DNA of 51,569 bases from an uncultured Saprospiraceae bacterium (GTDB lineage Bacteria; Bacteroidota; Bacteroidia; Chitinophagales; Saprospiraceae), in the NCBI GenBank assembly GCA_937872405.1, contig CALMSP010000112.1, positions 1 through 51,569 of the forward strand. The letters run 5' to 3'. Of this stretch, positions 19,549 to 29,153 are shown piece after piece. The first letter of the stretch is position 1, and each line of letters starts with the position of its first letter. A program made the position numbers and the translations under genes. The notes under the pieces were generated by a model, which was not told the DNA's origin, made no database searches, and saw only the letters and a list, made by a program, of their open reading frames with translations.

Positions 19549-20106
19549 ATGTTTTACGAGCTAATTTTTTTAAGACGAAAAATATGGATCTGCGGGCTAC
19601 TTGTGCTGCTATTGGGTACGGCCTGTGTGCGCGATAGTCGGGAGCGGCTTTTTGAGTTGGTGTATCCGGATGTCCGATTTGAAATACCGGCTGGGTTGGT
19701 CGCCAGTTTGCCTTGGGCTTTTGAACGGCGTAGTATGCCAACGAACATTGGCTTTTTTTTGCAGCAAAATAAAGTGGATACCGCTGTGATTAGTGCCATC
19801 AGCCCAGTATCGGCGCGTATTATTTCGTTGGATGGCGCCAACTTTGGGTATGAATTTGTGGAGCAGGTATCTGTGCTGATTTGTGCCGAAGGGCCGCAAC
19901 CCTGTACTTTAGCAGATGAAGTGTTTTATATTGACGACTTGCGTGGGCGCGCCCGCGAGCGTATTGACCTGCTGCCAACCCTGCGCAATGCGCGGCGCAA
20001 CCTGATACAAGAGCGCTTCAAGGTGGAAGTTATTTTCTTTTTTCGTACATCTACGCCCTATTCGGTTAGCTGCCGCATGGATATGCAGTTTGAAGCCCTG
20101 CGGTAA
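19549..20106 (+). CDS. hypothetical lipoprotein
   Basis: I moved the start to the Met at 19549, giving MFYELIFLRRKIWICGLLVLLLGTACV (signal plus lipobox). No family recognised. Confidence 0.5.
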   Translation: MFYELIFLRRKIWICGLLVLLLGTACVRDSRERLFELVYPDVRFEIPAGLVASLPWAFERRSMPTNIGFFLQQNKVDTAVISAISPVSARIISLDGANFGYEFVEQVSVLICAEGPQPCTLADEVFYIDDLRGRARERIDLLPTLRNARRNLIQERFKVEVIFFFRTSTPYSVSCRMDMQFEALR

Positions 20107-20179
20107 ACATGCGCAAAGCGCCCGGCTCCCAGAAAAGGGAAGCGAGCGCTTTGCAGATGCTGATACAACGGTAGTTATA

Positions 20180-20917
20180 TCAAACTTTTGTATTCTGTAT
20201 TTTATTGATAATCAGCGCGGCTTTGAGCATAAAATCATCGCGAAACTGATAATATTCGTTGTACACCATCATCAGGCGGGCGGCATCGTAGGCTGCTGAT
20301 TTGGGCATAATCTGGCGAGCAGCAATCGGGTGCAACCAGTATTCCAGATTATTAGAACGCAGATACGAGCGATCAAAGTCAAAGTTGATTACAACGGCTA
20401 ATTTGTTCAGTGAAAAAAGATACTCGGTTTCTTTGTTGAGGTCTTTTTGCATATCAATGATCTTGTATCGCTCGAAGTTAACGCCTGCTTTTTCGCATAA
20501 GAAAATATCGCGACGCCCATCAAATACAACAATTTCGCGGAACCGGTACTTCTGAAAATTTTTCATCAAGAAGTTTTGAATCGGCCTTTTGGTTGGTCGC
20601 AGATTCTTTAATGCAAAATCAATGCTACGCTCGTCGAGCCGATAATCTTCGCGAAAGGGCATTTTTCGGTTGGTTTTAAGGTTGATGACCTCTTTTCCGC
20701 GTCCGATGGTGTGTCCTAATTCATTTACTTTGGCGAAAACGTTGACTATGTTTACGTTCGCATTGTTTATCCAGCTTTCCAGGAAGATACGGTTGGTTTC
20801 GGGTTCGAATACCAGTAGCGCTATTTCACTGATTGCATAGAAATTTGGGAAGCCCCCGTAAATGTTACCATACTTTAATTCTAAAAATGCAATGTTTTTG
20901 TTCACGGTTTTGAGCAT
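20180..20917 (-). CDS. hypothetical protein, DnaQ/DEDDh exonuclease-like fold with degenerate active site
   Basis: 245-aa monocistronic ORF, visibly more AT-rich than its neighbours. Segments line up with Exo I (IAFLELKYG), Exo II (VVFDGRRDIFL) and Exo III (KSAAYDAARLMMVY) of DnaQ-like exonucleases, but key acidic and His residues are replaced. Confidence 0.55.
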   Translation of the reverse strand: MLKTVNKNIAFLELKYGNIYGGFPNFYAISEIALLVFEPETNRIFLESWINNANVNIVNVFAKVNELGHTIGRGKEVINLKTNRKMPFREDYRLDERSIDFALKNLRPTKRPIQNFLMKNFQKYRFREIVVFDGRRDIFLCEKAGVNFERYKIIDMQKDLNKETEYLFSLNKLAVVINFDFDRSYLRSNNLEYWLHPIAARQIMPKSAAYDAARLMMVYNEYYQFRDDFMLKAALIINKIQNTKV

Positions 20918-21077
20918 TAGTTTTTGGTTAACAATGGCTTTGTTGGTCTGTATTGCCAGAAAAACAGTGTTTAGATACGCAATTTAAGCATAATATCATT
21001 AACAATCGGGCGTTTGACACGGTTTTTTGTGCCTGGCATGTACTTCGTGTGTTTTCGGGATTCAGCGTCGCTTGTTT

Positions 21078-22175
21078 TTATATTAAAAATTGACCGTTTT
21101 CATAAATTTTTTCGCCATCGGCAAAGATAGCGCTATTTTCGCGCATATCTGCTATCATATCCCAGTGTACAGCGGATTGATTTTTTCCGCCAGCTTGTGG
21201 ATAGGATTGCCCAACAGCCAGGTGTATGGTGCCGCCTATTTTTTCGTCGAATAAAATATTTTTAGTAAAACAAGTGATGTTATAATTAGTTCCGATGGCT
21301 GCTTCGCCGAAGCGTCGTGCGCCGTCCATTGAAAATACCTGATCGAGTATTTCCTGCCCGCGCCGAGCTTCCCAGCGCTCTATATAACCATTTTGCACCC
21401 ACAAAGTTACGCCTTCTACTTCATATCCCATGTATATAGCGGGGAAAGAAAAATGCACAACACCATTGACGCTATCTTCCACCGGAGCGGTATAAACTTC
21501 CCCGGAAGGCATGTTGGTCTGCCCGTCCGAATTGATCCAGGTTCGCCCTTGTGTTGAAAAGGTAATATCCGTACCATCGCTCCAATATCGGATGTGGCTC
21601 TTTTTATTCAAAAAATCTACAATGCGTTGTTGGTTATGACGCACCCCCAGCCAGCTTTGTGTAGGATTGTCATCAAATAGTTTGCAGGCATTATAGATAA
21701 AATATTCGTAAGCCTCTAAGGACATACCGGCCTCCTGAGCGCCGGCCTGCGTAGGGTACTCACATAGGTTGCGTCGAAGGGCGCGGGTGGCTGCGCGTTG
21801 GAAGTAAGTATTCTGAATGGCATGCAGTGCTTGGCTGCGTGTAGTGGCTTGCCTGGCGGGCACCTGCTGGTCTTCCCGAAGGTTGAAGGGCGCACGGATG
21901 TGCAAGTACGCATCGAAGGTTTCAAATGCCTGACGCATGAGTGGCGGCACGTACTGCAGTTGCATGTCATTGCCTTCTTCAAGCAAAATACGCCTTTGCC
22001 CTTGAAATTCTAAATCTACTTCTACCAGTGCGCCGGCGCGCAGGGCACTGCGATACACTTCTCGCACCAAGGGTTCGGCTAAGGTAGAGGCACGAATGTA
22101 TAAACGATCACCTGCTTTGATTTCAAGGCAATAATGCGTAAGTAGTTCGGCGTATTTCGAATGTATCGGGTTCAT
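21078..22175 (-). CDS. aminopeptidase, M29 (AmpS/PepS/aminopeptidase T) family
   Basis: 365 aa. N-terminal YAELLTHYCLEIKAGD, NMPSGEVYTAP and GTIHLAVGQSY segments are characteristic of M29 thermophilic metalloaminopeptidases. Confidence 0.8.
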   Translation of the reverse strand: MNPIHSKYAELLTHYCLEIKAGDRLYIRASTLAEPLVREVYRSALRAGALVEVDLEFQGQRRILLEEGNDMQLQYVPPLMRQAFETFDAYLHIRAPFNLREDQQVPARQATTRSQALHAIQNTYFQRAATRALRRNLCEYPTQAGAQEAGMSLEAYEYFIYNACKLFDDNPTQSWLGVRHNQQRIVDFLNKKSHIRYWSDGTDITFSTQGRTWINSDGQTNMPSGEVYTAPVEDSVNGVVHFSFPAIYMGYEVEGVTLWVQNGYIERWEARRGQEILDQVFSMDGARRFGEAAIGTNYNITCFTKNILFDEKIGGTIHLAVGQSYPQAGGKNQSAVHWDMIADMRENSAIFADGEKIYENGQFLI

Positions 22176-22237
22176 TCAAGGGTTTATTCACTTAGCAAAA
22201 AAATACAATTTGAGCATTCCATTTTAAACACATCCCC

Positions 22238-23455
22238 TCAAGTCCACTGCTTTACCTGATACGGGTAGCGAATTTTGTACTGCTGCTTTACCATGCTGAG
22301 CACCTTTTCGCGGAGGTTATCCATATTTTCGCGGCTTAGGGCCGACACAAATATATTGTCATATCCGAATAAATGCTTCATGCCGCCGCGCAAACCTTCT
22401 TCTATTTCTTCTTGGGCTTCTTGGTCAATAAATGGATCATAATATTTTTCCCGATACAAATCCATTTTATTGAATACCATCAGCGTGGGTTTGTCAAGCG
22501 CACCGAGTTCTTCTAATGTTTGATTAACGGTTCGAATATGCTCCTCGTGTTGCGGATGTGCAATATCCACTACGTGCAATAGGATGTCGCTTTCGCGTAC
22601 TTCATCGAGGGTTGATTTAAAACTTTCGATGAGGTGGTGCGGCAGTTTGCGAATGAACCCTACCGTATCAGATAGCAGCATTGGTACGCCATCGTACACG
22701 ATCTTGCGCACAGTGGTATCAAGTGTGGCGAAGAGTTTGTTTTCTGCAAAAACGTCCGATTTGCTCAGTACATTCATTAAAGTGGACTTACCGACATTGG
22801 TATAACCCACCAGGGATACCCGAATTAGGTCGCCTCGATTCTTGCGTTGGGTAACATTTTGTTGGTCAATTTTTTCCAGCTTTTTTTTCAGTTGCGATAT
22901 TTTGTCGCGTACAATTCGGCGGTCGGTTTCAATTTCTTTTTCACCGGGGCCACGCATCCCAATACCACCGCGTTGGCGTTCGAGGTGCGTCCAGAGGCCG
23001 CGCAGACGGGGCAGGAGGTATTGCATTTGGGCAAGCTCAACTTGGGCTTTGGCCTGAGCCGTTTGTGCACGCGAAGCGAAAATATCGAGGATGAGGCTAC
23101 TGCGATCTACAATTTTTATTTTTAGGGTTTCTTCGAGAATGTTCGTTTGCTTGCCGGTCAGGTCATCATCGAAAATAACCATATTGACTTCTTCATGCCG
23201 CTCGATGTATTCTTGAATTTCCTCTACTTTTCCTTTGCCAATGAAGGTGCGGGAGTCGGGGTGCGGCAACTTTTGCATAAAGCGCTTAACGGATCGGGCA
23301 CCCGCTGTGAGCGCCAGAAATTCTAATTCGTCGAGATATTCATTAATTTGTGCTTCCGTTTGGTCCTTTTGTACCAGCCCAACGAGCACCGTATATTCTT
23401 CCGTTATTTTCAACCCTTTTTGGGGTTCTGTCCTTACCTTCCAGTCGTTTTTCAT
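22238..23455 (-). CDS. hflX: GTPase HflX
   Basis: 405 aa with an HflX N-terminal domain, then G1 GYTNVGKST, G3 DTVGF and G4 NKMD. Confidence 0.95.
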   Translation of the reverse strand: MKNDWKVRTEPQKGLKITEEYTVLVGLVQKDQTEAQINEYLDELEFLALTAGARSVKRFMQKLPHPDSRTFIGKGKVEEIQEYIERHEEVNMVIFDDDLTGKQTNILEETLKIKIVDRSSLILDIFASRAQTAQAKAQVELAQMQYLLPRLRGLWTHLERQRGGIGMRGPGEKEIETDRRIVRDKISQLKKKLEKIDQQNVTQRKNRGDLIRVSLVGYTNVGKSTLMNVLSKSDVFAENKLFATLDTTVRKIVYDGVPMLLSDTVGFIRKLPHHLIESFKSTLDEVRESDILLHVVDIAHPQHEEHIRTVNQTLEELGALDKPTLMVFNKMDLYREKYYDPFIDQEAQEEIEEGLRGGMKHLFGYDNIFVSALSRENMDNLREKVLSMVKQQYKIRYPYQVKQWT

Positions 23456-23513
23456 GGGTGTAAATCTTTGGCTTTATGTGTTGACTAACCGCTGTATGGG
23501 CTTTAAAGTTTCA

Positions 23514-24731
23514 TTATTGTGCGCTAATCCAGCCCATGGGGTCAAGGCGTTGTGTTTCGCGCCAAATTTCAAAATGCACTTCGGGCTTGTCTTTGTCTAT
23601 TTTGCCGATTGGCTGTCGAGCATTGATCTGTTCGCCGCGCTTGACATACACTTCTTCTAAATTAGAATAAACCGTAAAATACTGACCATGCTGCACCAAT
23701 ATGGTGTTCTTAAAACCCGGCACAAACTGCACTAAACTGACTTTACCTTCAAAGACAGCCAGCACTTCTGCGCCTTCTTCTGTACGAATGTCAATGCCAT
23801 TGTTTGGTATCTGAATACCTTGTAACGTAGGATGTGGCTGATTGCCAAAATAGCGTGTGATAGTACCTTTGCTCACGGGCCAAGGTATTTTCCCTTTACG
23901 ATTTTTGAAATCGCTGGAAATACCTGGGGCATCCGTTGGCGTAGGGCCCGTTGAGCTTGTCGTTGTTGTGAGTGCTTCGGGCGTTCGAGCTTCTTTTTTC
24001 TTTTTAGCCATTTCCGACCGGATAATGCTTTCGATGGTTTTATTGAGTTGTTCGTGTGCTTTTTGCTGTCGGTTAAGCTCTGCTAAGAGTTTGTTTTCAT
24101 CTGATTTGAGGGTTTGTACCAGCCGGTCTTTGTCTGCCAGTTCTGCATTGAGCGTGGTCTGCTGTTGTTGTTGTACCGCCATCAGGCGCTGCTTTTCGGT
24201 TTTTTGTTTTTCCAATTCAGCGGTTTGTTGAGTGAGGGTATGCTGCGTTTGTGTGATCTGTTCGGCTTGGCGTTGCCGGTAGCGATAATACTGGCGAATG
24301 TACTGCCACCGGCGTCTGGCGTCGCTAAAATCACGCGCGGAAAACAAAAACAGGGTGAAGCTTTGGTTAACCCGATAGCGCAGAGCGGTGCGCATCGTGG
24401 AGGCGTACTCCCGTTGTAGGCGCGACATATCCTCCTGCAGAGAGCGAATGACTCGGTGGGCTTGCACGATACTCGTATCCGCCGACTGTACCTCTTGGTA
24501 TAGCGTTTGTATTAATTGGCGTCGTTTTTGTATCTGATTTTGTAAGGCAAAATAGCGGTTGAGTTCTGTCGCTTTACTTTTGCGGGTATCTTCTAAAAGG
24601 CGCGAGGTCTGTTTAATTTCTTCCAATAACTGTTTCCTTCTGTCTTCCAGTTCGTTACGGTTTTGTTGTGCGCAGAGCCATGAGAAGGTTGCGGACACAA
24701 CTAACAATAGAAGGCTGAGGCGCTTAGTCAT
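23514..24731 (-). CDS. EnvC-like coiled-coil protein with C-terminal M23/LytM domain
   Basis: I moved the start to the Met at 24731 (MTKRLSLLLLVVSATFSWLCAQQ signal). It has a long Q/R/E-rich coiled coil, then a LytM-type domain (NNGIDIRTEEGAEVLAVFEGKV...ILVQHGQYFTVYSNL). I cannot see a canonical HxxxD, so it may be an activator rather than an active hydrolase. Confidence 0.8.
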   Translation of the reverse strand: MTKRLSLLLLVVSATFSWLCAQQNRNELEDRRKQLLEEIKQTSRLLEDTRKSKATELNRYFALQNQIQKRRQLIQTLYQEVQSADTSIVQAHRVIRSLQEDMSRLQREYASTMRTALRYRVNQSFTLFLFSARDFSDARRRWQYIRQYYRYRQRQAEQITQTQHTLTQQTAELEKQKTEKQRLMAVQQQQQTTLNAELADKDRLVQTLKSDENKLLAELNRQQKAHEQLNKTIESIIRSEMAKKKKEARTPEALTTTTSSTGPTPTDAPGISSDFKNRKGKIPWPVSKGTITRYFGNQPHPTLQGIQIPNNGIDIRTEEGAEVLAVFEGKVSLVQFVPGFKNTILVQHGQYFTVYSNLEEVYVKRGEQINARQPIGKIDKDKPEVHFEIWRETQRLDPMGWISAQ

Positions 24732-25497
24732 CGTAGGAAGTGCGTGTGTAACGATTTGGTATTTCAAAGCGTACATCCTTTGGGATGTTAATTTCTAACT
24801 GGGAAAATCGGATTTCTGCTTTCACCTTGCCGGTTTCCCGACTGGTCATTTCAATAATACGAAAATACGAAAATTTCTGATTATCAGGCAACTGATTGTA
24901 TTCTTCTAATTTTACATTCACTTTTCGCTCGCTGCGGGCATCTTCGAAGCGCATCTGACGCAAGGCTAAGGTTTTGTCGTCAAGTAGGTAACTGGTATCC
25001 ATTTTCTGGTTCTTCCCGTTTAGCTGAAGCCCTTCTTTGGTATTGGCCGATTGCCATCCTGTAGTTGTAAAAAACACCGGATTGCCCAACAAAATAGCCT
25101 GCATAACTTCCAAACTTGCCGGAAGGCTGTAGGTTCGTTCGAGATAGCTGAGGTCGAATACTTCGTAAGCATTGTTGAGCCGGTCTATGACATAAACCGA
25201 GTCTTTGGTGATCTGGGCACGGGCTACTTCGAAGCCTAATTTTCTTACGGAAACCCAGATTAAACTATCCTTGAGCATTCGAATAGTTGCCACAGCGCCC
25301 AACGACATATTGTCATCCGCAAAATCTACTTTGGCGCGCGCGCTGAACCATTTGACTTTTACTTGATTGGTAATCAAATGGCGAAAAAGCGCTTCAGGGT
25401 TGTCTCTGTTGATGTCCGTGCGTGCTGCTTTTTTAGATGCACCGCAGCCCATTAAAACAGTGACCAATACGAGTAGGGTGATAATTCTGATTGACAT
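24724..25497 (-). CDS. DUF4292-like (LolB-fold) lipoprotein
   Basis: I moved the start to the Met at 25497 (MSIRIITLLVLVTVLMGCGAS lipobox). Its position between a TPR protein and an M23/EnvC-like gene matches the conserved Bacteroidota triad as I remember it. The family call is from context and size. Confidence 0.5.
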   Translation of the reverse strand: MSIRIITLLVLVTVLMGCGASKKAARTDINRDNPEALFRHLITNQVKVKWFSARAKVDFADDNMSLGAVATIRMLKDSLIWVSVRKLGFEVARAQITKDSVYVIDRLNNAYEVFDLSYLERTYSLPASLEVMQAILLGNPVFFTTTGWQSANTKEGLQLNGKNQKMDTSYLLDDKTLALRQMRFEDARSERKVNVKLEEYNQLPDNQKFSYFRIIEMTSRETGKVKAEIRFSQLEINIPKDVRFEIPNRYTRTSYDD

Positions 25498-25529
25498 GAT
25501 GTTGTTTGTACCTTCGCTTTTGTTGCTAT

Positions 25530-27233
25530 TTAATCGTACAATTTTCTGTTGGCAATTTTCTTTTCTAAGGTTTCTGACATGCCGCCTTTCTCTTGTGCTC
25601 GGAGCCAATATTGCAATGCCCCATCTGCGTCGTTCATTTGGAAAAGCAGATCGCCGTAGTGTTCCAGCAGTTCGGGGTCATCCATGCCACCGTTGTTGAG
25701 GGCCTTATCAAACCAGTGCCGGGCATCGGTATAGTTTTTGGCTTTGTACAGCACCCAGCCGTAGTTGGTCTGAAAATCGGCACGCTCCGGCGCCAGTTCA
25801 TTGGCTTGTTTTGCCATGTTTTGAGCTTTCTCAATCGTTTCGCCGCGAGAAGCCAGGCAAAAACTGTAATAATGCAGTGCTTCTGGGGCTTTGGGATTGA
25901 GTTTTAGAGCTGCTTCAAATGCTTCATTGGAGGCGCTACCTTTTTTCTGGGCATGAAGCGTCAACCCTTTATGCACTTGTATATCGTACAACAGGCGCCC
26001 GTTATTGCCTATCATCCGAATGGCCTCTTCCAAGGCGTTGAGTGCTTCGTTGTAGCGTTTTAGTTCATAATTGGCAACGCCGTTCATATAATGAAGTAAC
26101 GCTTTATTTGGAAAAATGTCTATCGCTTCGTCCGAATATTTACGTAAGGAAACGTAATCTTTCATATCCAAGTAAATGCGAAGCAATTGTTCCCATACCA
26201 AAAAAACCGTATCGTCTAATTCAAGTGTTTTTTTGTATTTGTCTAGTGCGCGAAGGCGGTTGCCGGAGTAGTACAGCAAGTCGCCGGAAGCCGCAAAACC
26301 TTTAGCGTCAGCAGGGTGTACGGTTTCCAGTAGCGTGGTAAGTTCTAAGGTTGCCTCTGCGAGTTCCCGATTACCGGTATCAGCTGCCTTGGTAATGATT
26401 GGCATAATTTTTCCTACTTTCTGATCAATAGGAATATCTGCATTATTAAAAATCGGGCGCAACGAAGCCAAGAACTGAATATCGTTGTGTTGTTTGTCAG
26501 GGGTGCCGGCCAAAGCCATATTGGCGCGGGCATCATCGGGTGCAAGGTCGAGTATTTTTTTATATTCAATACGAGACAGCCCCGTTTCTCCAATCTGTTC
26601 ATAGAAACCCGCGAGGAGGTGTCGGTATTCTATATTATTCGGATAGGCGGCTATCAAGCGTTGCAGTTCCGTGGCAGCTTTTTTGTTGTTGCCCATGCCT
26701 ACGTAGAGCGAATACTTACGCCGGATGATGTCTTCACTAACGCCTACCCGTTTCTCCAACTCGTCATATACTTTTAGCGCCTTGGCAATGTCATCCGCAC
26801 GAATGAGGAAATAAGCCCAGCGATAGTAATAATAATCATTGAGCGGTTCGCGCTTCACCAAGTCTTCGTACAAGGCAGCAGCCTCGCGGTTTTTGCTTTG
26901 CTTTTGGTAAATGTCGCCCAGCAATCGGTAATACCAGAGATTACTGGGGCTGGCGCTGATTGCCATCCGAATGTAGCGCAACGCTTTTTCATTGTCGTCA
27001 CGATCATCATATATGCGCGCCAACTCATATGCCGCGGCGGCATTGGTAGGGTCTTGCCGTAGTACTTCCTCGAATAGTGGGATTGCTTTTTCAATGTTGC
27101 CTACAATGCGCTCGCGGTTAGCATCAATGAATTTTTCTTGTAAGGCCACATCACGCTCACCGATCTGTTGGCACAAAACGGGATAACAGGTCAGCAGACC
27201 TACGAACAACATAAAAAACTTACGATACGTCAT
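25530..27233 (-). CDS. tetratricopeptide repeat (TPR) protein
   Basis: I moved the start to the Met at 27233 (MTYRKFFMLFVGLLTCYPVLCQQ). TPR-type helices of ~34 aa with the A/Y/L pattern repeat throughout. Confidence 0.8.
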   Translation of the reverse strand: MTYRKFFMLFVGLLTCYPVLCQQIGERDVALQEKFIDANRERIVGNIEKAIPLFEEVLRQDPTNAAAAYELARIYDDRDDNEKALRYIRMAISASPSNLWYYRLLGDIYQKQSKNREAAALYEDLVKREPLNDYYYYRWAYFLIRADDIAKALKVYDELEKRVGVSEDIIRRKYSLYVGMGNNKKAATELQRLIAAYPNNIEYRHLLAGFYEQIGETGLSRIEYKKILDLAPDDARANMALAGTPDKQHNDIQFLASLRPIFNNADIPIDQKVGKIMPIITKAADTGNRELAEATLELTTLLETVHPADAKGFAASGDLLYYSGNRLRALDKYKKTLELDDTVFLVWEQLLRIYLDMKDYVSLRKYSDEAIDIFPNKALLHYMNGVANYELKRYNEALNALEEAIRMIGNNGRLLYDIQVHKGLTLHAQKKGSASNEAFEAALKLNPKAPEALHYYSFCLASRGETIEKAQNMAKQANELAPERADFQTNYGWVLYKAKNYTDARHWFDKALNNGGMDDPELLEHYGDLLFQMNDADGALQYWLRAQEKGGMSETLEKKIANRKLYD

Positions 27234-27525
27234 GGTTCGTGTGTTTAGCTTTTGTATTCCACAAAGCCATCGCTTTCTCATGTAAAAAAAGTTTTTTTGC
27301 TCAAATCGCTGAAAATCAGTGTATTGTAAAAAGCCCTCCCATTACACATATTTGCAAAGCACTAATTTCGGGGTTTTTTAGTTGATAATCAACCTTTTCG
27401 ATAAAATAAACGCAATCTTTTTGAGTGTAGCCAACTATTCTTAATTCATATAACGTTCAGCACCATGCTAAGTTGCGGATTCGGGACAAGGAACTATCCT
27501 TGATGCCGATTTTGATAAAAAAAGT

Positions 27526-27533
27526 TATTTTTG
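27526..27533 (+). promoter_or_regulatory. candidate -7 promoter box TATTTTTG upstream of the guanylyltransferase gene
   Basis: Matches the Bacteroidota TAnnTTTG consensus 28 nt upstream of the ATG at 27561. No well-spaced -33 TTG was found. Confidence 0.25.
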
Positions 27534-27560
27534 TCGGCAAAACTAACAAAATTAATAACA

Positions 27561-28646
27561 ATGCCCGAATCAAAGGTGTATGTGGCAATCATGGCTGGGG
27601 GGGTAGGCAGCCGCTTCTGGCCAGCCAGCCGAAATAAGCACCCCAAACAATTTCTGGATATACTTGGGCTTGGCAAATCGCTGCTGCAACTGACCTTCGA
27701 GCGATTTCTGAAAATATGCCCAGCAGAGCACATTTTTATTGTAACCAACGCCGCTTATCATGATTTAGTGCAACAGCAACTACCACAAATCACTGATAAT
27801 CAAATACTTTTAGAGCCTTCGCGCAACGATACCGCTCCCTGCATCGCTTACGCCGCTTTCAAAATGCAAGCGCTTGATGCAACGGCTAACCTGATTGTAG
27901 CTCCATCCGATCATATCATTCTCGATACAGATGCATTTATCAAAACCCTTCGGCAAGGGCTTGATTTTTGCGCCACGAACGATGCCTTGCTCACCCTCGG
28001 CATACGCCCAACGCGGCCGGATACGGGCTACGGGTACATTCATTTTGAGCCAACGCCCGTGCGCGAATCGGTGCATCGCGTAAAACAGTTTACAGAAAAA
28101 CCGCCGCTGGCACAAGCTCGCACCTTCGTGGAGCGCGGCGATTATCTCTGGAATGCTGGCATTTTTGTCTGGCGTGTACAAACCGTGCTGCAGGCGTTGC
28201 AACGTCATGCCGCCGACATTTATACCATTTTGGAGGCAGGCAACGATTTATACAATACACCCGCCGAGCAAGCATTCATTGATGCCAAATATCCTGATAC
28301 GCCCAGTATTTCCATTGATTTTGCTATCATGGAAAAAGCGGATAACGTATTTACAATTCCTTCCGATTTTGGCTGGTCAGACCTGGGTACTTGGGCATCT
28401 CTTTATGCCGAATCCGAAAAAGATGCGAATGGCAACGTTATACAAGCCGAACAGGTGCTGGTAGAAGAAATGAATCGCTGTTTGGTGCGTGCGCCCAAAG
28501 GTAAACTTTTGGTAATCAAAGGATTGGAAGGCTTTATTGTTATTGATGAGCCGGACGTTCTGCTCATCCACCCAATGGAGCGGGAGCAAGAGATCAAACA
28601 ACTCACCGCACAACTCATGCAACGCAATGAAGAAAATTATTTGTAA
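27561..28646 (+). CDS. mannose-1-phosphate guanylyltransferase (sugar nucleotidyltransferase)
   Basis: I moved the start to the ATG at 27561. It has the N-terminal nucleotidyltransferase motif VAIMAGGVGSRFWPASR, plus GYGYI and FTEKP segments typical of GDP-mannose pyrophosphorylases. Confidence 0.88.
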   Translation: MPESKVYVAIMAGGVGSRFWPASRNKHPKQFLDILGLGKSLLQLTFERFLKICPAEHIFIVTNAAYHDLVQQQLPQITDNQILLEPSRNDTAPCIAYAAFKMQALDATANLIVAPSDHIILDTDAFIKTLRQGLDFCATNDALLTLGIRPTRPDTGYGYIHFEPTPVRESVHRVKQFTEKPPLAQARTFVERGDYLWNAGIFVWRVQTVLQALQRHAADIYTILEAGNDLYNTPAEQAFIDAKYPDTPSISIDFAIMEKADNVFTIPSDFGWSDLGTWASLYAESEKDANGNVIQAEQVLVEEMNRCLVRAPKGKLLVIKGLEGFIVIDEPDVLLIHPMEREQEIKQLTAQLMQRNEENYL

Positions 28647-29153
28647 ATAACTTGGAGGCTATCATTAAATGTAGTATCTTTCGGCATCGTTCCACTCGAT
28701 ACTCTTTCACAAACCAACACAAACTTGCCCGGTCAACGTAAACTGTTGATTACCATTACTTTGCAACATTGTTTCTAATCCTTTGTAGGTAAAACTATGC
28801 TGCAAGGCCTATAGCCCAATCACATTAGCATGTCATTAATCTGATGTGCTTGTGCTCGTTAGTGGTTCAAACACAATTTTATTAAGGCTATTATGAAATG
28901 TCTGTAATAATTTCATTGATGCATGGTTCAAGGTTTAATAGTCTGTTGGTCAGTCGTTTACGTGCTTCTTTGTATTAGTTTTGTACCTGACTATTTTTCA
29001 TGTGCATGAGGTGCATACCGCTTCATATTCATGATGCTAAGCGTGAAAATTTTTTATTACATACTATGAGCTACACAGCATAAAACCCAAATAAAGGCAA
29101 AACACAGAACTGCTTACCGCGGCGTTTTATGCAAACGAAACCAAATAAGGAAA

